Of a stretch of 64,000 nt of DNA, positions 49,401 through 61,082 are shown piece after piece. The position numbers and the translations under genes are program-made. The notes below the pieces were generated by a model that worked only from the letters and a program-made list of their open reading frames with translations, ran no database searches and was not told where the DNA came from. Source of the stretch: Eukaryota sp. GEM-RC1 (Eukaryota); the NCBI GenBank assembly GCA_040285855.1, contig JAUFOQ010000003.1, positions 1,240,001 to 1,304,000 on the forward strand, read 5' to 3'. Every line of letters begins with the position of its first letter. Within the stretch, counting starts at the first letter, position 1.

Positions 49401-51609
49401 TCAGTGAAGGTGGGATCGAAGGTAGCAGTGGTGATGATGAGTTTAAAGGTAGTATCATTGCATTTGCTTCGAGAAGTATTGAGATTCTTCAGAACTTCAC
49501 GTAATAACGCGATAACAAAATCAATTTGGAGACTTCTGACATGAGCTTCATCAATAATGACTGCCTTATAGCTATTAAACACATTAGAAGGTTTCTTTGC
49601 CAATTGTAGAAACTTTCCGTGAGTTAAATACTCAATCTCAGTTTCATCAGTAGAATTGTGTACTCCTAGACCAATGCTGTAGCCAACCCTTTCTCCCCAA
49701 ACGGTGTTAGTTTCATGTGCTACTCTGTGGGAAAGTTGGATGGCGTTGTCACGACGAGGTTGGAGGACAGCAATCTTTTTGATTGGCATGAGTCGTGATT
49801 AGTTTTGATACTTTGTTCAAGAAACCAATCAGACAAATACTGTGGAAGTTGAGTACTTTTTCCAGAACCGGTGTTGATACCAACTAAAAGCACGTCATGA
49901 GAGTCTAAATTTGGAAGAATTTCATGTTTGAAATGATAAATTGGTAAATTTTCTGAAAAATACCTATACTCGTTTTGACACAACTGTAAAACAAGTTTCT
50001 CAGTATGTGGGAAAGACTTCCCCAATGATTCAAGTTCAGATAATCTCTGGTCAAACCCTACAACAATGTCCTTATATCTAACCATCATCTCATGTTCAAA
50101 CTCCTTTTCAGACTTCTTCATGAACTCCTTCAGTTCATCGTGTTCCCGTTGAGTGTCAAGTGCTGCCTGGTCAGCTTCTTCTTGATACTGTGGCACTGAT
50201 GTGTTGTCAGGGGCAAAATCAAACAGCACTTCTGGAAGGATATGATTGGGCTGAGTGAAAACGTATACTTCCCCATTTGATTGAGGAGTTAGATTCTTAT
50301 TATTTTGGGTAACAAAAGCTTTACAAGAGAGAATTGAACCTTGGGAGCCAGAATAGCCATGGGCAGTGGAAATGTTTGTTGAAGAGTACACTCCGTCTCC
50401 TAGAGCTCTGCCATGGAGTTTAAGAGAAAGGTTGAATCCATTAAGAGCAATGGCCGTTGCACGCCAAGATTCGGGAGTTCCATGATAGACGTTGAGAGAA
50501 GTGTTTGGTTGATTTCTTGAGGATTCAGCATCGAAAGCAGAAGATTTAGCATGTACATTGACCTTTCGTACTGATACAAGAGCAGAAGGATCGGGAAGAA
50601 CAGAAGCCAACTGAGTATACGAGGCAGAGTTCTTGGGGACGGTAGAGATGGGAGAGAGAAGTTTAGGTTTAGGTATAGTGGGAGCATGTACTCTTAGTTT
50701 CCAATTACGTGGAAAGAAGAAGTTTGTGAAGGTAGCGGTAGACGAAAGACTGCCGATTAGCTGGCGTTTGGACTCAATGAATGAGTCTAGAGTCTCAACA
50801 ACTCCTGATTTATTCATTGAAGATGTACTGTCATCAGGTACCTCTAAGTCTGGGATCATAGCATTAAGTCGGTCAGGGAGATCTGTTATACACTCAGAGA
50901 CTTTGAGCAGAAACTCGGAGAACTTAGCATCACTATGACCGCTAAGAAGTAAGTTTAGTGGAACCCACCGTAGTGCTGAAACCTCGATATTCCAAGTAAA
51001 GGTGGAAGGAAGCTTAAGAATGATCCGACATGCTTCAAGAGACAAGTTGTTGACAAAGACAATGTAGACCTGATATTTTCCACCAGGAACATAGTAGTTC
51101 AGGGGACTTAGCTTGGATAATTCCTTTCGGAGGAGACGTCCATTAGGAAGATGAATAACAGAAGTTTCTTCAAGAAACTCGCGAATGGCCGTATCATAAG
51201 GTGCTTCAAAGTTGTCGACCTTTCCTCCAAGAGGATTCAGGCGCCTTCCTTCTCCAAAACGATGTTCCTCAGCAAGGAGCACATCGTAGCCTCTCGCAGT
51301 CTTTCGAACAGGTATTAATCCAGCAGCTTTTACTTCTGGCGGTTGAGCTTTCTTGCGGGGTTTTGTTGGTCTGATTGCAGGTTTCTGCGTATTAGTGTGG
51401 TTCCTTGGTGGTTGAAAGGAATCTGATGTGTTAAGATTGTCTTTACAGAAGCGCTTGCAACGAGCTAGATCCATACTCTTCCCGCTAGGAAGCACATCTT
51501 CTTCGACAACCAGTTTCAGTTCTTCCGCGTCTGTTACACCATTTGCTTCGAGGGTATTGACGTAGTCCAGAGTGACTCCAGCATTCAGCAGATCCGATTT
51601 CAATGGCAT
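46467..51609 (-). CDS. Multidomain SAM-like / NUDIX / PARP / DEAH helicase / KH / nucleotidyltransferase protein (two apparent indels)
   Basis: NUDIX box GKVDNFEAPYDTAIREFLEETSV; PARP YHGT...GDGVYSS...GY...EVYVF...ILP; helicase TGSGKSTQLPQ, QPRR, DEAH, TAT, TDLAETGLT, QRAGRAGR; KH GKLIGRGG; NTase VYGGFLRD...DVDC. Breaks at ~49790 and ~47115. Confidence 0.85.
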
Positions 51610-52064
51610 TTGAGATAAGAAATGATCAAATTTTTCAAAATCATTTTATTGAAATTTTGAATGTTCTTCATTCGTTTGTCTTCCACTGTTTCAAATTAGG
51701 GCTCCCGTTTACCCGTCTTTTTAAGATTTCACCTGGGTGATCCGAACTTATGCTCACCTGATGTCGCCCAGAAACACCTGGACTCACCCACTGTCACCTT
51801 GTAAGTACATACTGTCTTAAAAGTGGATTCTTTTCTAAAATTTGCTTAAAAGAAACTGTTTTTTGGATGAAGAGGACAAAAATAGATATCAAAACAAAAG
51901 TTATGAAACACCCGCTTTAAAGTGTTGATAATGAATTGATCTTCACGAAATTAGAGATTCACCCAAGGCCAGTCGATTGTGTATAAACAAAAAGCGACAA
52001 AATCAAAAACCAATACTGTGAACGGATTTATAAAACAGAAATAATTACAGAACTACCAATTTCT

Positions 52065-53732
52065 TTACTGATAAGTTGTATTCCACTTATTGATCAAGGT
52101 CATTGTTAAATCCCAGAAAGGAACAACGGAATCAATTTCAAGAGCTTCTTCTGAGGTAAGTATAGGAAAAGCAACACATACGAGGGGTGTGAGGAGATCT
52201 AATCATTGGACCAATAGCAACACACTCGATATTGTCACCCATGTTCGACAATAGAGAAGTTTCTAAACCACCATGCACGACATAAACAGTGGGTTCAGTT
52301 TTGATTGCTTCCTTGTAAGCTTCAATGGTTAACTTAACAATAGGAGCATCATACTTTGGTACCCTGAAATTAACTAATTGGATTGAACAAACCATGGAGG
52401 ATAAGCACTTGAAGGAGGAGTGGCGGTCATTCCATTAGCAGTAGCGAATTCTTTTACATACATCTTGAGGTATTCAAGTTGACTTCCACTACTGGATCGA
52501 GAAGAAATCAAGAAAACAGCCTTGTTTTCATCAGAATTGAGAGTTAATACAGTGTTAGTGGAGGATGACTCAACTAAATTCTTAAAAACAGGATCAAATC
52601 GAACAACACCAGAAGGAGCGAGAATAATCCCACGTAATAAACGAGCAGTGGATGATTCATCAAGGGGTTGGCATGTAGGAACTACTTCAGAAAGTTCAAC
52701 AATAACATCAGGCTCAATTCCAGTGAATCTAAAGTGAGAATAACAAAGCAATAACATACTCGACCTTCATTTGATCACGGATTGTCATAAAAAGTTCTTT
52801 GACGGGTTCAACGTGAGATTTCTTCAGAGTGATTTGAGCAAGGGATTCTTCGATGAGTGATTTGTAGTAACGTACGACGGGGAATGGCATTGTGAGCTCC
52901 GGCACGTACGTTGAAGGAATTAACAAGTAATCCAGCTTCAGGGATACGGAGACGGGCTTCGGCTAAGAGACGTCCAAGTAACTTAATAGCATTAGCACGC
53001 TGTTTTTCAATATCAGCACCTGAATGACCTCCAAATAGTCCCTTGACTTCAACTTGGAGATGAGCAGCTTCATAATCGACTGCAGCCCGTTGGATATCCA
53101 AAGTGGCATCGATTTGGAATCCTCCACAACATCCCACGCAAATGGAAAGGTCTTCCTCATCAAGGTTGATGATGGTCTTGCTTTTGAAGAATCCTGGTTT
53201 AATGGCTGCAGCTCCAATTAAACCAACTTCCTCGTCAGTAGTAAATAAGAACTCTAAAGGTCCATGTTCGAATTTGTCACTCATCATTGCCATCATTGCT
53301 GCCGCGCCTAATCCATTGTCTAGAATAAATAGGGAGAGTTAGTAACAAACCAGCACCTAGAGTAGTTGCCATATCATCAATGTATCCACGAAGATCGTTT
53401 CCTTCAAGTTTGGGTTTAATACCAGCAGATTTGAAATCGACATTGGCATCAGATTGGCAAACCATATCGATATGTGCCTGGAAGCAGAGCATAGGAATCT
53501 TCTCAAGAGCAGGGGAAGATGCAGGTTTTCTGACGACAACGTTCAAAGATTCATCTTGTTCATACTCAAGTCCGAACTCCTTGGCGATTTCAACAATTCG
53601 GTTGGAAAGAGGTCCGCAATTGAACGATCCGTGAGGAGTTTCACAGATTAGCATGAAATAATGCCATAAGGATTTGGGACCAGGAAGAAGAGGTAAAAGG
53701 TCTGGTCTGGGACAGGTAAGTTCGGAAGCCAT
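52065..53732 (-). CDS. pepD: Aminoacyl-histidine dipeptidase (PepD, peptidase M20C) with about five short introns
   Basis: QAHIDMVC, TTLGADNG (after removing intron 53320-53350), FTTDEEVGLIGA, INLDEE, GGHSGADI, HNAIPR, VHGGLE, IGP.IRSPHTP. Confidence 0.92.
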
Positions 53733-54312
53733 TGGATGAATAAAATAAGTTGTATTAATGTGTCTCCTTGGTTCTCTTTGAATCTGCAACTTAACATCGT
53801 TTACATGAACTAGAACAGTCTGTGAGTTTCACTGGTAATGAATGTTGCTTTAATGATATTGAGTTACACTGTAGTTTTTGTGCTTTCATATTCTTTCAAT
53901 AACAGCTAATTAAAAGTTTGTATTTCATTAATTTAAGACATAAACTTTATATGTACATATACTATAGCGCTGACCTTAATTAATGTCATACACATTAATT
54001 CTGATCGGACCTCTTTGAAAGACCACAGTGTTAGCAACAATTTTGACTCTCCAATTTGAATGAGTCTTTTGACATCTTGAAAAGGCTGGACTCGTAATAT
54101 CTCTACTTTTGCTGACAATTTGAAGAAACCTACATTCTCACTTATCATTTGTCCTTTTGCGATTTCAATTTATTTGTAATCCATGTGTTGGTCCAGCAGG
54201 TTTAATTGTTTTAGTGGTTCTAATACGTTATGCCTTTCTAATGGAAAGATTTTCAATGGTTCAATACGGATTCATCGAAATTGTATTTGCACTTTCCCTA
54301 AGTATTCCAAAG

Positions 54313-54685
54313 CAGTGTTCGAAAACACACGTGTCATTCAGAAAACGAACGTGTGAAACACGTTTCCGAACCGCACACGTGTCCGAACGGTGTGAATTCA
54401 ACAATTCCATCCTTTCAAAGATTTCTCACTCTCCCCTCATTTCAAGATGACTGGCTCTCAACAAATTCTAATGAAGATGACATTAACGATGTAACTGACG
54501 TTGAAGACTCAGAGGATGATGTAATATAGGACCCTTATCTTGTATGTAGTGACTAGTGACAAAATAAAGTACCTCTACCTTTTGAGAACAAAAGGTGCAC
54601 ACGTGTCCAAAAACAAAACGAACGTGTGAAACACGTTTCCGAACCGCACACGTGTCCGAACGTGTTCGACACATTTCGAACACTG
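54313..54685. mobile_element. hAT MITE (373 bp) with perfect 8-bp target-site duplication
   Basis: TIR CAGTGTTCGAAA / TTTCGAACACTG; TSD TTCCAAAG at 54305-54312 and 54686-54693; internal ~55-bp direct repeat. Confidence 0.93.
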
Positions 54686-54734
54686 TTCCAAAGTATGAGT
54701 GCCATTTATTTTCAGTTGAAATTCTAATTTTCCA

Positions 54735-56848
54735 ATGTCAGACACTCCTCACGATGTTCTTTCTGAAGATGATGGATCTGGATATCGAACGCCACGAGAA
54801 GTTACTATCCGACCAAATGTCGATCAAATAGAGTTTGAACTCTCTTCACAAGCAACACATACCTCCTCGGACCCCAGTGTTTCATCAACACTTATTACTT
54901 CACACCCAAACCATCCAATCGACCAATCAGAACCTATGTACCAACAACAACAAGATGTCGATTCATCATTACCTTCATCCCTACTTCTGTCTTCCAATCC
55001 TCCACAAACACCAACAGTAGGACGCCAGGACATGGAACAAGAACCAGTTCAACCGGAAGTTGATTCATCATTAACTTCATCCGAACTTCTTTCTTCCATT
55101 CAATCACAAACACGAGAGATCGCCACAGTAGGACGCCAGGACATGGAACAAGAACCAGTTCAACCGGAAGTTGATTCATCATTACCTTCAACCGAACTTC
55201 TTTCTTCCATTCAATCACAAGCACCAGATATGACCACAGTAGAACACCAGGACATGGAACAAGAACCAGTTCAACCGGAAGTTGATTCATCATTACCTTC
55301 ATCCGAACTTCTTTCTTCCATTCAATCACAAGCACCAGATATGACCACAGTAGAACACCAGGACATGGAACAAGAACCAGTTCAACCGGAAGTTGATTCA
55401 TCATTACCTTCATCCGAACTTCTTTCTTCCATTCAATCACAAGCACCAGATATGACCACAGTGGAACACCAGGACATGGAACAAGAAGTCAAACAAGAAG
55501 ACTCCCCAGTCTCTGCTCCACCTCACCCCCTTTCATCATCTTCCCCTCCTGAACCAAGCACGAAACAATCCCGAGTATCCTCACCTTCTGATGCTGTCAT
55601 TTCCTATATCACTTCCCGAGTAGACTTCAACAGGCCAGACTCCGACTCTTCCCTTAAAGCCTTCCTCACCTCCCCCTGAGCTTAGTAAGATAATCTCAAA
55701 TAACCCTGATGTTGCCTTCCCACTGCTCAATATTTTGACTCTTCCTCATCACACTTTGTCTTTCTTGTATATTCTATCTTTTCACGTGAAGGCCTTTTCA
55801 CAGCAGAATACTTCAAATTTTCTTAATGTTCTAAACTTTCTCTCTTCAAATATGGATGTTGGAATTCTAAGGGAAACTCCTTCAATATGTATGTTTATTG
55901 GCAAACTCTCTCATTTTAGTGAAATCTTTTGTATCAAAAGTGATTGATACCTTCCCAAAAGAGCAAAGTCAGAATCAGCTCTTGCCTTTCCTTTACAATG
56001 TTATTACCAGAATTGTGGAACCTAATTGTTTTTCAGTTTTTCATTTCGATTTCTTCCGCATCTCTGTTACTTCAAACGACCTTGATCTCTTTAAGCGATT
56101 GCCGGTCGACCTTTTACTTTCAGTAGACGAGAAGTTCTTACCATCACACTCCCAGTTTCAGAACATTCTTTTAAATTTGTCAGTTTTTCATCATTTGAAT
56201 TTTCAGTTCAAACGGTGTCGTACAGTTTTGAAGACTTATTCAACTCTTGTGGAGACTACGACAGTGGCTATGGAAAAATTAAATTTTGTCAATAATTTAT
56301 TTTTGTCCACCAATGTCAACTCTTTCCAGTCTGAACATGGATATAGAGTACCTTATCAAGCTTTGTCAGAATTAAGCCAAAAGAATCTCACAATTTTAGA
56401 TTTTAATGACAAATTTAATAAGATCTTGAACACATATTCTGAAATTTTTTCATCTGACAATTTTCTATCAACTTTAATATCATTTCCTCTTGTTTATGGC
56501 TACAGGAAGTTGATCTCTATTTCACAGCTCTGGGGGTCGATGTCAATCAACGACCTCCTGCAGGAACTTCAGATTGATTTTGACACTTTCCAAGCTTTCT
56601 TGAGCCAATTATATGATTTGATGAATCAATCAGATTTAGATTTCACGTATAGTCCTGTTATCGACTCTGATCAAAATACTGTACAATTGAAAATTTTAAA
56701 TAATCAACAGGACCGTGTGTCACAAAAACTAAACTCGCTAGGCTCGGTTTTAAAATCTGCTTCGGTGGCAATTCCAAAGAACAATGCTTTTGCAAGTGCA
56801 TCTAAACATTCAAGTCATGATGCATATCAACATTTTACATTTCAGTAA
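54735..56848 (+). CDS. Hypothetical protein with an N-terminal acidic Ser/Pro/Gln-rich repeat region, split by probable indels
   Basis: Consecutive ORFs 54735-55679, 55735-55947 and 55898-56848, with one break at the C-run ~55672-55676. Confidence 0.5.
55012..55487 (+). repeat. Coding tandem repeat, 111 bp (37 aa), about 4.3 copies
   Basis: Unit TVEHQDMEQEPVQPEVDSSLPSSELLSSIQSQAPDMT; period 111 (55020 versus 55131). Confidence 0.95.
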
Positions 56849-57394
56849 TTTTAGTCTTTCAAAAATCCTCTTGTTTAATAAATACTAAATACAGTCTGTA
56901 CTATTTGGAAAATTTCTATTGTTAGCCGATTGATAATAAGAAGGTTCATACTAGTATATAAACGTGAAAACCACCTTTTTCTGAAACTACCCGGGATTGG
57001 AACAAATGAATAAAAGAAAACGTAATACATATTGTCAGTGTTGAAGTTCTTTTGAACTATTAGTAAAGTGTCGAGAGTTTCACTATCTGAACAGTTTTTA
57101 CTGTAAACCACAGTCTAAAAAAACAATGACAAATGATATGCTAGTCCTTTGTCTATTCACACAGGTTCTTCTGGAAGAAACCGTGTAAAATATTGAATGT
57201 GTTTCTAGTTGCTTTAATGATATTGAGTTCTAGTATTTGTGTCAATCTTAGTGCTTTTGTTCCATATAATAAAAATGTATAAAAAAGTCTCAAATTTGAT
57301 TTTCAACAAGTGTAGCAACACGCCTTAATACTACAAGTAGTATTTGACTGACAATGGTTTCAAACCAGACAAGAAAGATATTCGAAATTATCAT

Positions 57395-59752
57395 TTATTC
57401 CAAAAGAGGCTCAACATCGTCATATTCACAAAGAATTCCTTCTGGAACTTTTCCAGGGAACCAAATTAACCCGCCCAAAAGCGAGGTCAACGCTGGTACA
57501 ACCAAAGTTCTAATAACAAACGTATCCATTAAAACTGCAAAAGAAAGAAGAAATCCAAATACATATAATACGGAAGTTTCTGACATCATGAGACCTGAAA
57601 AAGCTATTGACATGATTAGACCTGCAAACGTGATCACTGACCCAGTTTGGGCACTTCCTTTAATGACTGCAGCTCTATTAGTGTATCCTAATAATCTATA
57701 CTCTCGAATTCTGAGGGAAAGGAAACAGTCGTAATCAAGAGCAAGACCGCAGAGAATACAGAAAGACATAATGGGAATAATCCAAAGAATTTTACCAGTT
57801 GGAGTGAAAGCATGGAAATATTGAGATAGAAAAGTACCATCTTGATAAACAATAATTCCAAGTCCAAATATAAATGAAATTGTTAAGACAATTGTTACTA
57901 ACAGTCGTAAAGGCACAAGAATTGATTTAAAAGTGATTGAAAACAGGACAAATACAATTGAAAGAACAGTGATGACCATTAAAGGAAACTTAGCCAGGAT
58001 TGCCCGACTGGCATCCAATTGTTCATTGGACATTGAGGTAAATCCAATATCGAACTGAGAGTCGTAGGTAGCAGCGATATCAGAAAGAATTGAGCTCACA
58101 GAGTCAATAAAAGCAATTGATTTGTCGCCAAAGGGATCAAAATCAACTTTAATCGTAATCAAAGCACCATTACTTTCCTTTGACAACATGTGATTAACTG
58201 CCCACTCGAATTCTTGATTCCACTTCCTCAAAAACTTGGCTTGTTCAAAGGTCAAGAAGTTACCTTCCATAAAGCACATTGAAATCACGTCATTGATGTG
58301 ACCTGGGAATGATTGATTGTATTTGTTCAGGAAAGAATGGCACAAATCAAAATAGGTTTCGTCAAAAATGTCCTCAGTTCTATTTTTAGAAACTGTAACA
58401 ATATTAAAAGGGGAATATAAACCTTTAGAGAATTGTTCAGACATTTGATCAAGAGCTACCTTTGATCTGGCATTATCTGAGATAAACAAAGAATTATCAA
58501 TTGTCCACTCGAAATCTCTCATTTTTAAACCAATTGGTAGAATTAACAAAGTAATTGAGATAATAACAATGACTGCGCCTAATTTAGCAGTGGTTAGTTG
58601 AGTTAATTTGAAGAAAAACGAAGGATTTGAATTCCGACCAAAGGAAATATCTTGAATATTTGAAAGTTGGAGAGAACTCGAACCCTTTTTCACTAATCTA
58701 TAAGTAAAAAACCGTGGTAAAACGTAGATTAAAGAAGGGGTTAGAGTGACATTGATTGAAATAGTAACGACCAAACTAACAGTAGCTCCAATTCCAATAG
58801 TTTTAAGAATTTCAAGAGGGAAAAACACTAGTCCTAAGAAGCAAATAGCCAGAGTAAGTCCTGAGACTACAACTATTTCCCCTGAGAACTTCACCATTTT
58901 CTGAACAGAAGACACCAAATGTAGTGACTTTCTATACTCTTCTTTAAACCTTGTCAACATGAACAAGGAATAGTCGATTGACATTGCTATAACTAGCGTA
59001 GTCTGGATCGAGGGTGTGAATGATGCAAACTTGTACACGTAAAGAGAGAACGGCAAAGAAAGCGCGAAGGAGATAACAATACTAAACACAACAGAGACGA
59101 TTGGGATCGAAATGAGAGACAATGACTGTAAGAACAAGGCAGAGACAAGGAGAGCTAGGGGTAACACAATGCTGTCAATGTTCGCTAGATCAGTGATCGC
59201 AGCTCTTCTCATGTCTAAGAACACTGCACCTTGGGAGACAACATCGATAAAGAAAGAAGCATCAGTAGAGAGAGGATGTTCGTCAATAGTGTCACGTAGA
59301 AGGTCAACCATGGAGAAGAAGGATTCAAATCCATGATTCTCGAACTGGTAGACAGCGATGAGTGAGTTTTCTGAAGGAGAGAGAAACTGAGCAGCAATAG
59401 ATTCATACCCAACTCTGAACTTGAAGTACGAAAGAGACTCTACTACAACCTGGGTAGAACAATTGTAGATCGTTGCATTGACGAAGTTAAAGAAGTCTTC
59501 AATCGCTGGAACATCTTGCACAGGAGCAGTAAGGTTGTCATTATTGAGAAAGACAATAAGCGGGAGTCCTCGTGATAGTTCAGGGAAAACTTCTGATACA
59601 AGGCGATTAGCAATATAACTAGGACTTCCTTTAGGTGCTTCAAAAGCTAATTCAGTGGAAGAGATGTATCGAGGAGCATACCAAGCCGATACTAAGAAAG
59701 CGATGGTCCAGAAAGCAATAATGTAGTGTCTACAAGAGTAGATAACGGACAT
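57395..59752 (-). CDS. MMPL/RND-family membrane transporter
   Basis: Two-repeat membrane topology with IDYSLFMLTRFKEE, SGLTLAICF, GLALDYDCFL..RIRE, TGSVITFAGLIM and DTFVIRTLVVPA. Confidence 0.88.
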   Translation of the reverse strand: MSVIYSCRHYIIAFWTIAFLVSAWYAPRYISSTELAFEAPKGSPSYIANRLVSEVFPELSRGLPLIVFLNNDNLTAPVQDVPAIEDFFNFVNATIYNCSTQVVVESLSYFKFRVGYESIAAQFLSPSENSLIAVYQFENHGFESFFSMVDLLRDTIDEHPLSTDASFFIDVVSQGAVFLDMRRAAITDLANIDSIVLPLALLVSALFLQSLSLISIPIVSVVFSIVISFALSLPFSLYVYKFASFTPSIQTTLVIAMSIDYSLFMLTRFKEEYRKSLHLVSSVQKMVKFSGEIVVVSGLTLAICFLGLVFFPLEILKTIGIGATVSLVVTISINVTLTPSLIYVLPRFFTYRLVKKGSSSLQLSNIQDISFGRNSNPSFFFKLTQLTTAKLGAVIVIISITLLILPIGLKMRDFEWTIDNSLFISDNARSKVALDQMSEQFSKGLYSPFNIVTVSKNRTEDIFDETYFDLCHSFLNKYNQSFPGHINDVISMCFMEGNFLTFEQAKFLRKWNQEFEWAVNHMLSKESNGALITIKVDFDPFGDKSIAFIDSVSSILSDIAATYDSQFDIGFTSMSNEQLDASRAILAKFPLMVITVLSIVFVLFSITFKSILVPLRLLVTIVLTISFIFGLGIIVYQDGTFLSQYFHAFTPTGKILWIIPIMSFCILCGLALDYDCFLSLRIREYRLLGYTNRAAVIKGSAQTGSVITFAGLIMSIAFSGLMMSETSVLYVFGFLLSFAVLMDTFVIRTLVVPALTSLLGGLIWFPGKVPEGILCEYDDVEPLLE

Positions 59753-60695
59753 TGCTTCAGTCGAAAATGATTGCTTCTTAATTGATTACAGATCAATTAC
59801 AGATGATTCTACTTCGATTGATGAACAATTACCGCTAGTGCTTTTGATCAGGCAAATTAGATGATCATAAGGATAAAAACGTAATCTTTTACCAGACAGG
59901 GATTAAGATTGGGTCGTTTTGATTAAGTCCTGGTGTTATTTGTTTGGTTTTTCAAATTCATATTGCCGTAGAAAATTACTCGGTACCGAATAAAGTTTAT
60001 ATAGTAGAAATAGTTCATATGATGATTTTTTTTATAATGAGAAATCTTTAATCGGTACCCAATAATAGATTGTCCCGAGCTCAATAATTTAAACAACACA
60101 AGTAAACAAAGTAACTCTAACAGAAACTTGCCAAATCTAATACAAAATAACCCCTCTTTATTGGAAAAAAATCTACTGTACTAAATTGCAATTATTGAGC
60201 TTGATTTCACAGTCCAATTACTTTTACACATTAGTATGCTCGTTGGAAGGAATCAGTGACTTGACAACTTTGTGAAAAATAAAATAGCAATAACTGACTC
60301 CTGTTTCTGACGCTTTTTTCCTCGGCAGGCATTATGAAGATACTAGTGTTGAATTCATTTGGGGTGCATACTCCCCAAAATCATTTTACCCCAAATACTC
60401 TTCACCCCATAACCACATCCCCAAACTGATTCACTTATACCTTCTTTGATGGATTCCATACATCGTTTGATATCCAGTGTTGAGCTTCTTTCAAGATAGA
60501 GACGTGTTTGCAGGTATTCGTTCTTAGACTTGTGAACCGTGTTCATCCATGTCAAGAATAAAATCAACGTTGTACAACCATCTTACAACACATACATCAC
60601 ATTGACATCTTATCCTCCCAAGGAAAACATTAAGGTTTGCTTCATGAAGCTTCATGCATCAGAAGACACAAAGACACCAAGTTATAACTACATGT

Positions 60696-61082
60696 ACAAC
60701 ATTTGTAACTACAACATTTGGTGATACAACATTTGTAATGACAATAGTGTTGTATGTGTAATGAATTGTTGACATTGATATTTTTTTCTTCTATATATAC
60801 ATTTGGTGAAACAACATTTGGTGATACAACATTTGTAACTACAACATTTGGTGAAACAACATTTGTAACTACAACATTTGGTGATACAACATTTGTAACT
60901 ACAACATTTGGTGATACAACATTTGGTGATACAACATTTGGTGAAACAACATTTGTAACTACAACATTTGTAACTACAACATTTGGTGATACAACATTTG
61001 TAACTACAACATTTGGTGAAACAACATTTGTAACTACAACATTTGGTGAAACAACATTTGTAACTACAACATTTGGTGATAC
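60696..61082. repeat. 15-bp minisatellite: ACAACATTTG plus TAACT, GTGAT or GTGAA
   Basis: About 3 units at 60696-60740 and about 19 units at 60799-61082. Confidence 0.95.

Noticed and set aside
53844..57229. 22-bp exact match GTTGCTTTAATGATATTGAGTT at 53844 and 57208
   Set aside because: Probably a decayed dispersed repeat; too short to define an element.
17767..61082. One giant 43-kb element bounded by the inverted 15-bp arrays
   Set aside because: The interval holds core host genes (CNOT4, dynein), the arrays differ in unit sequence and no TSD is visible.
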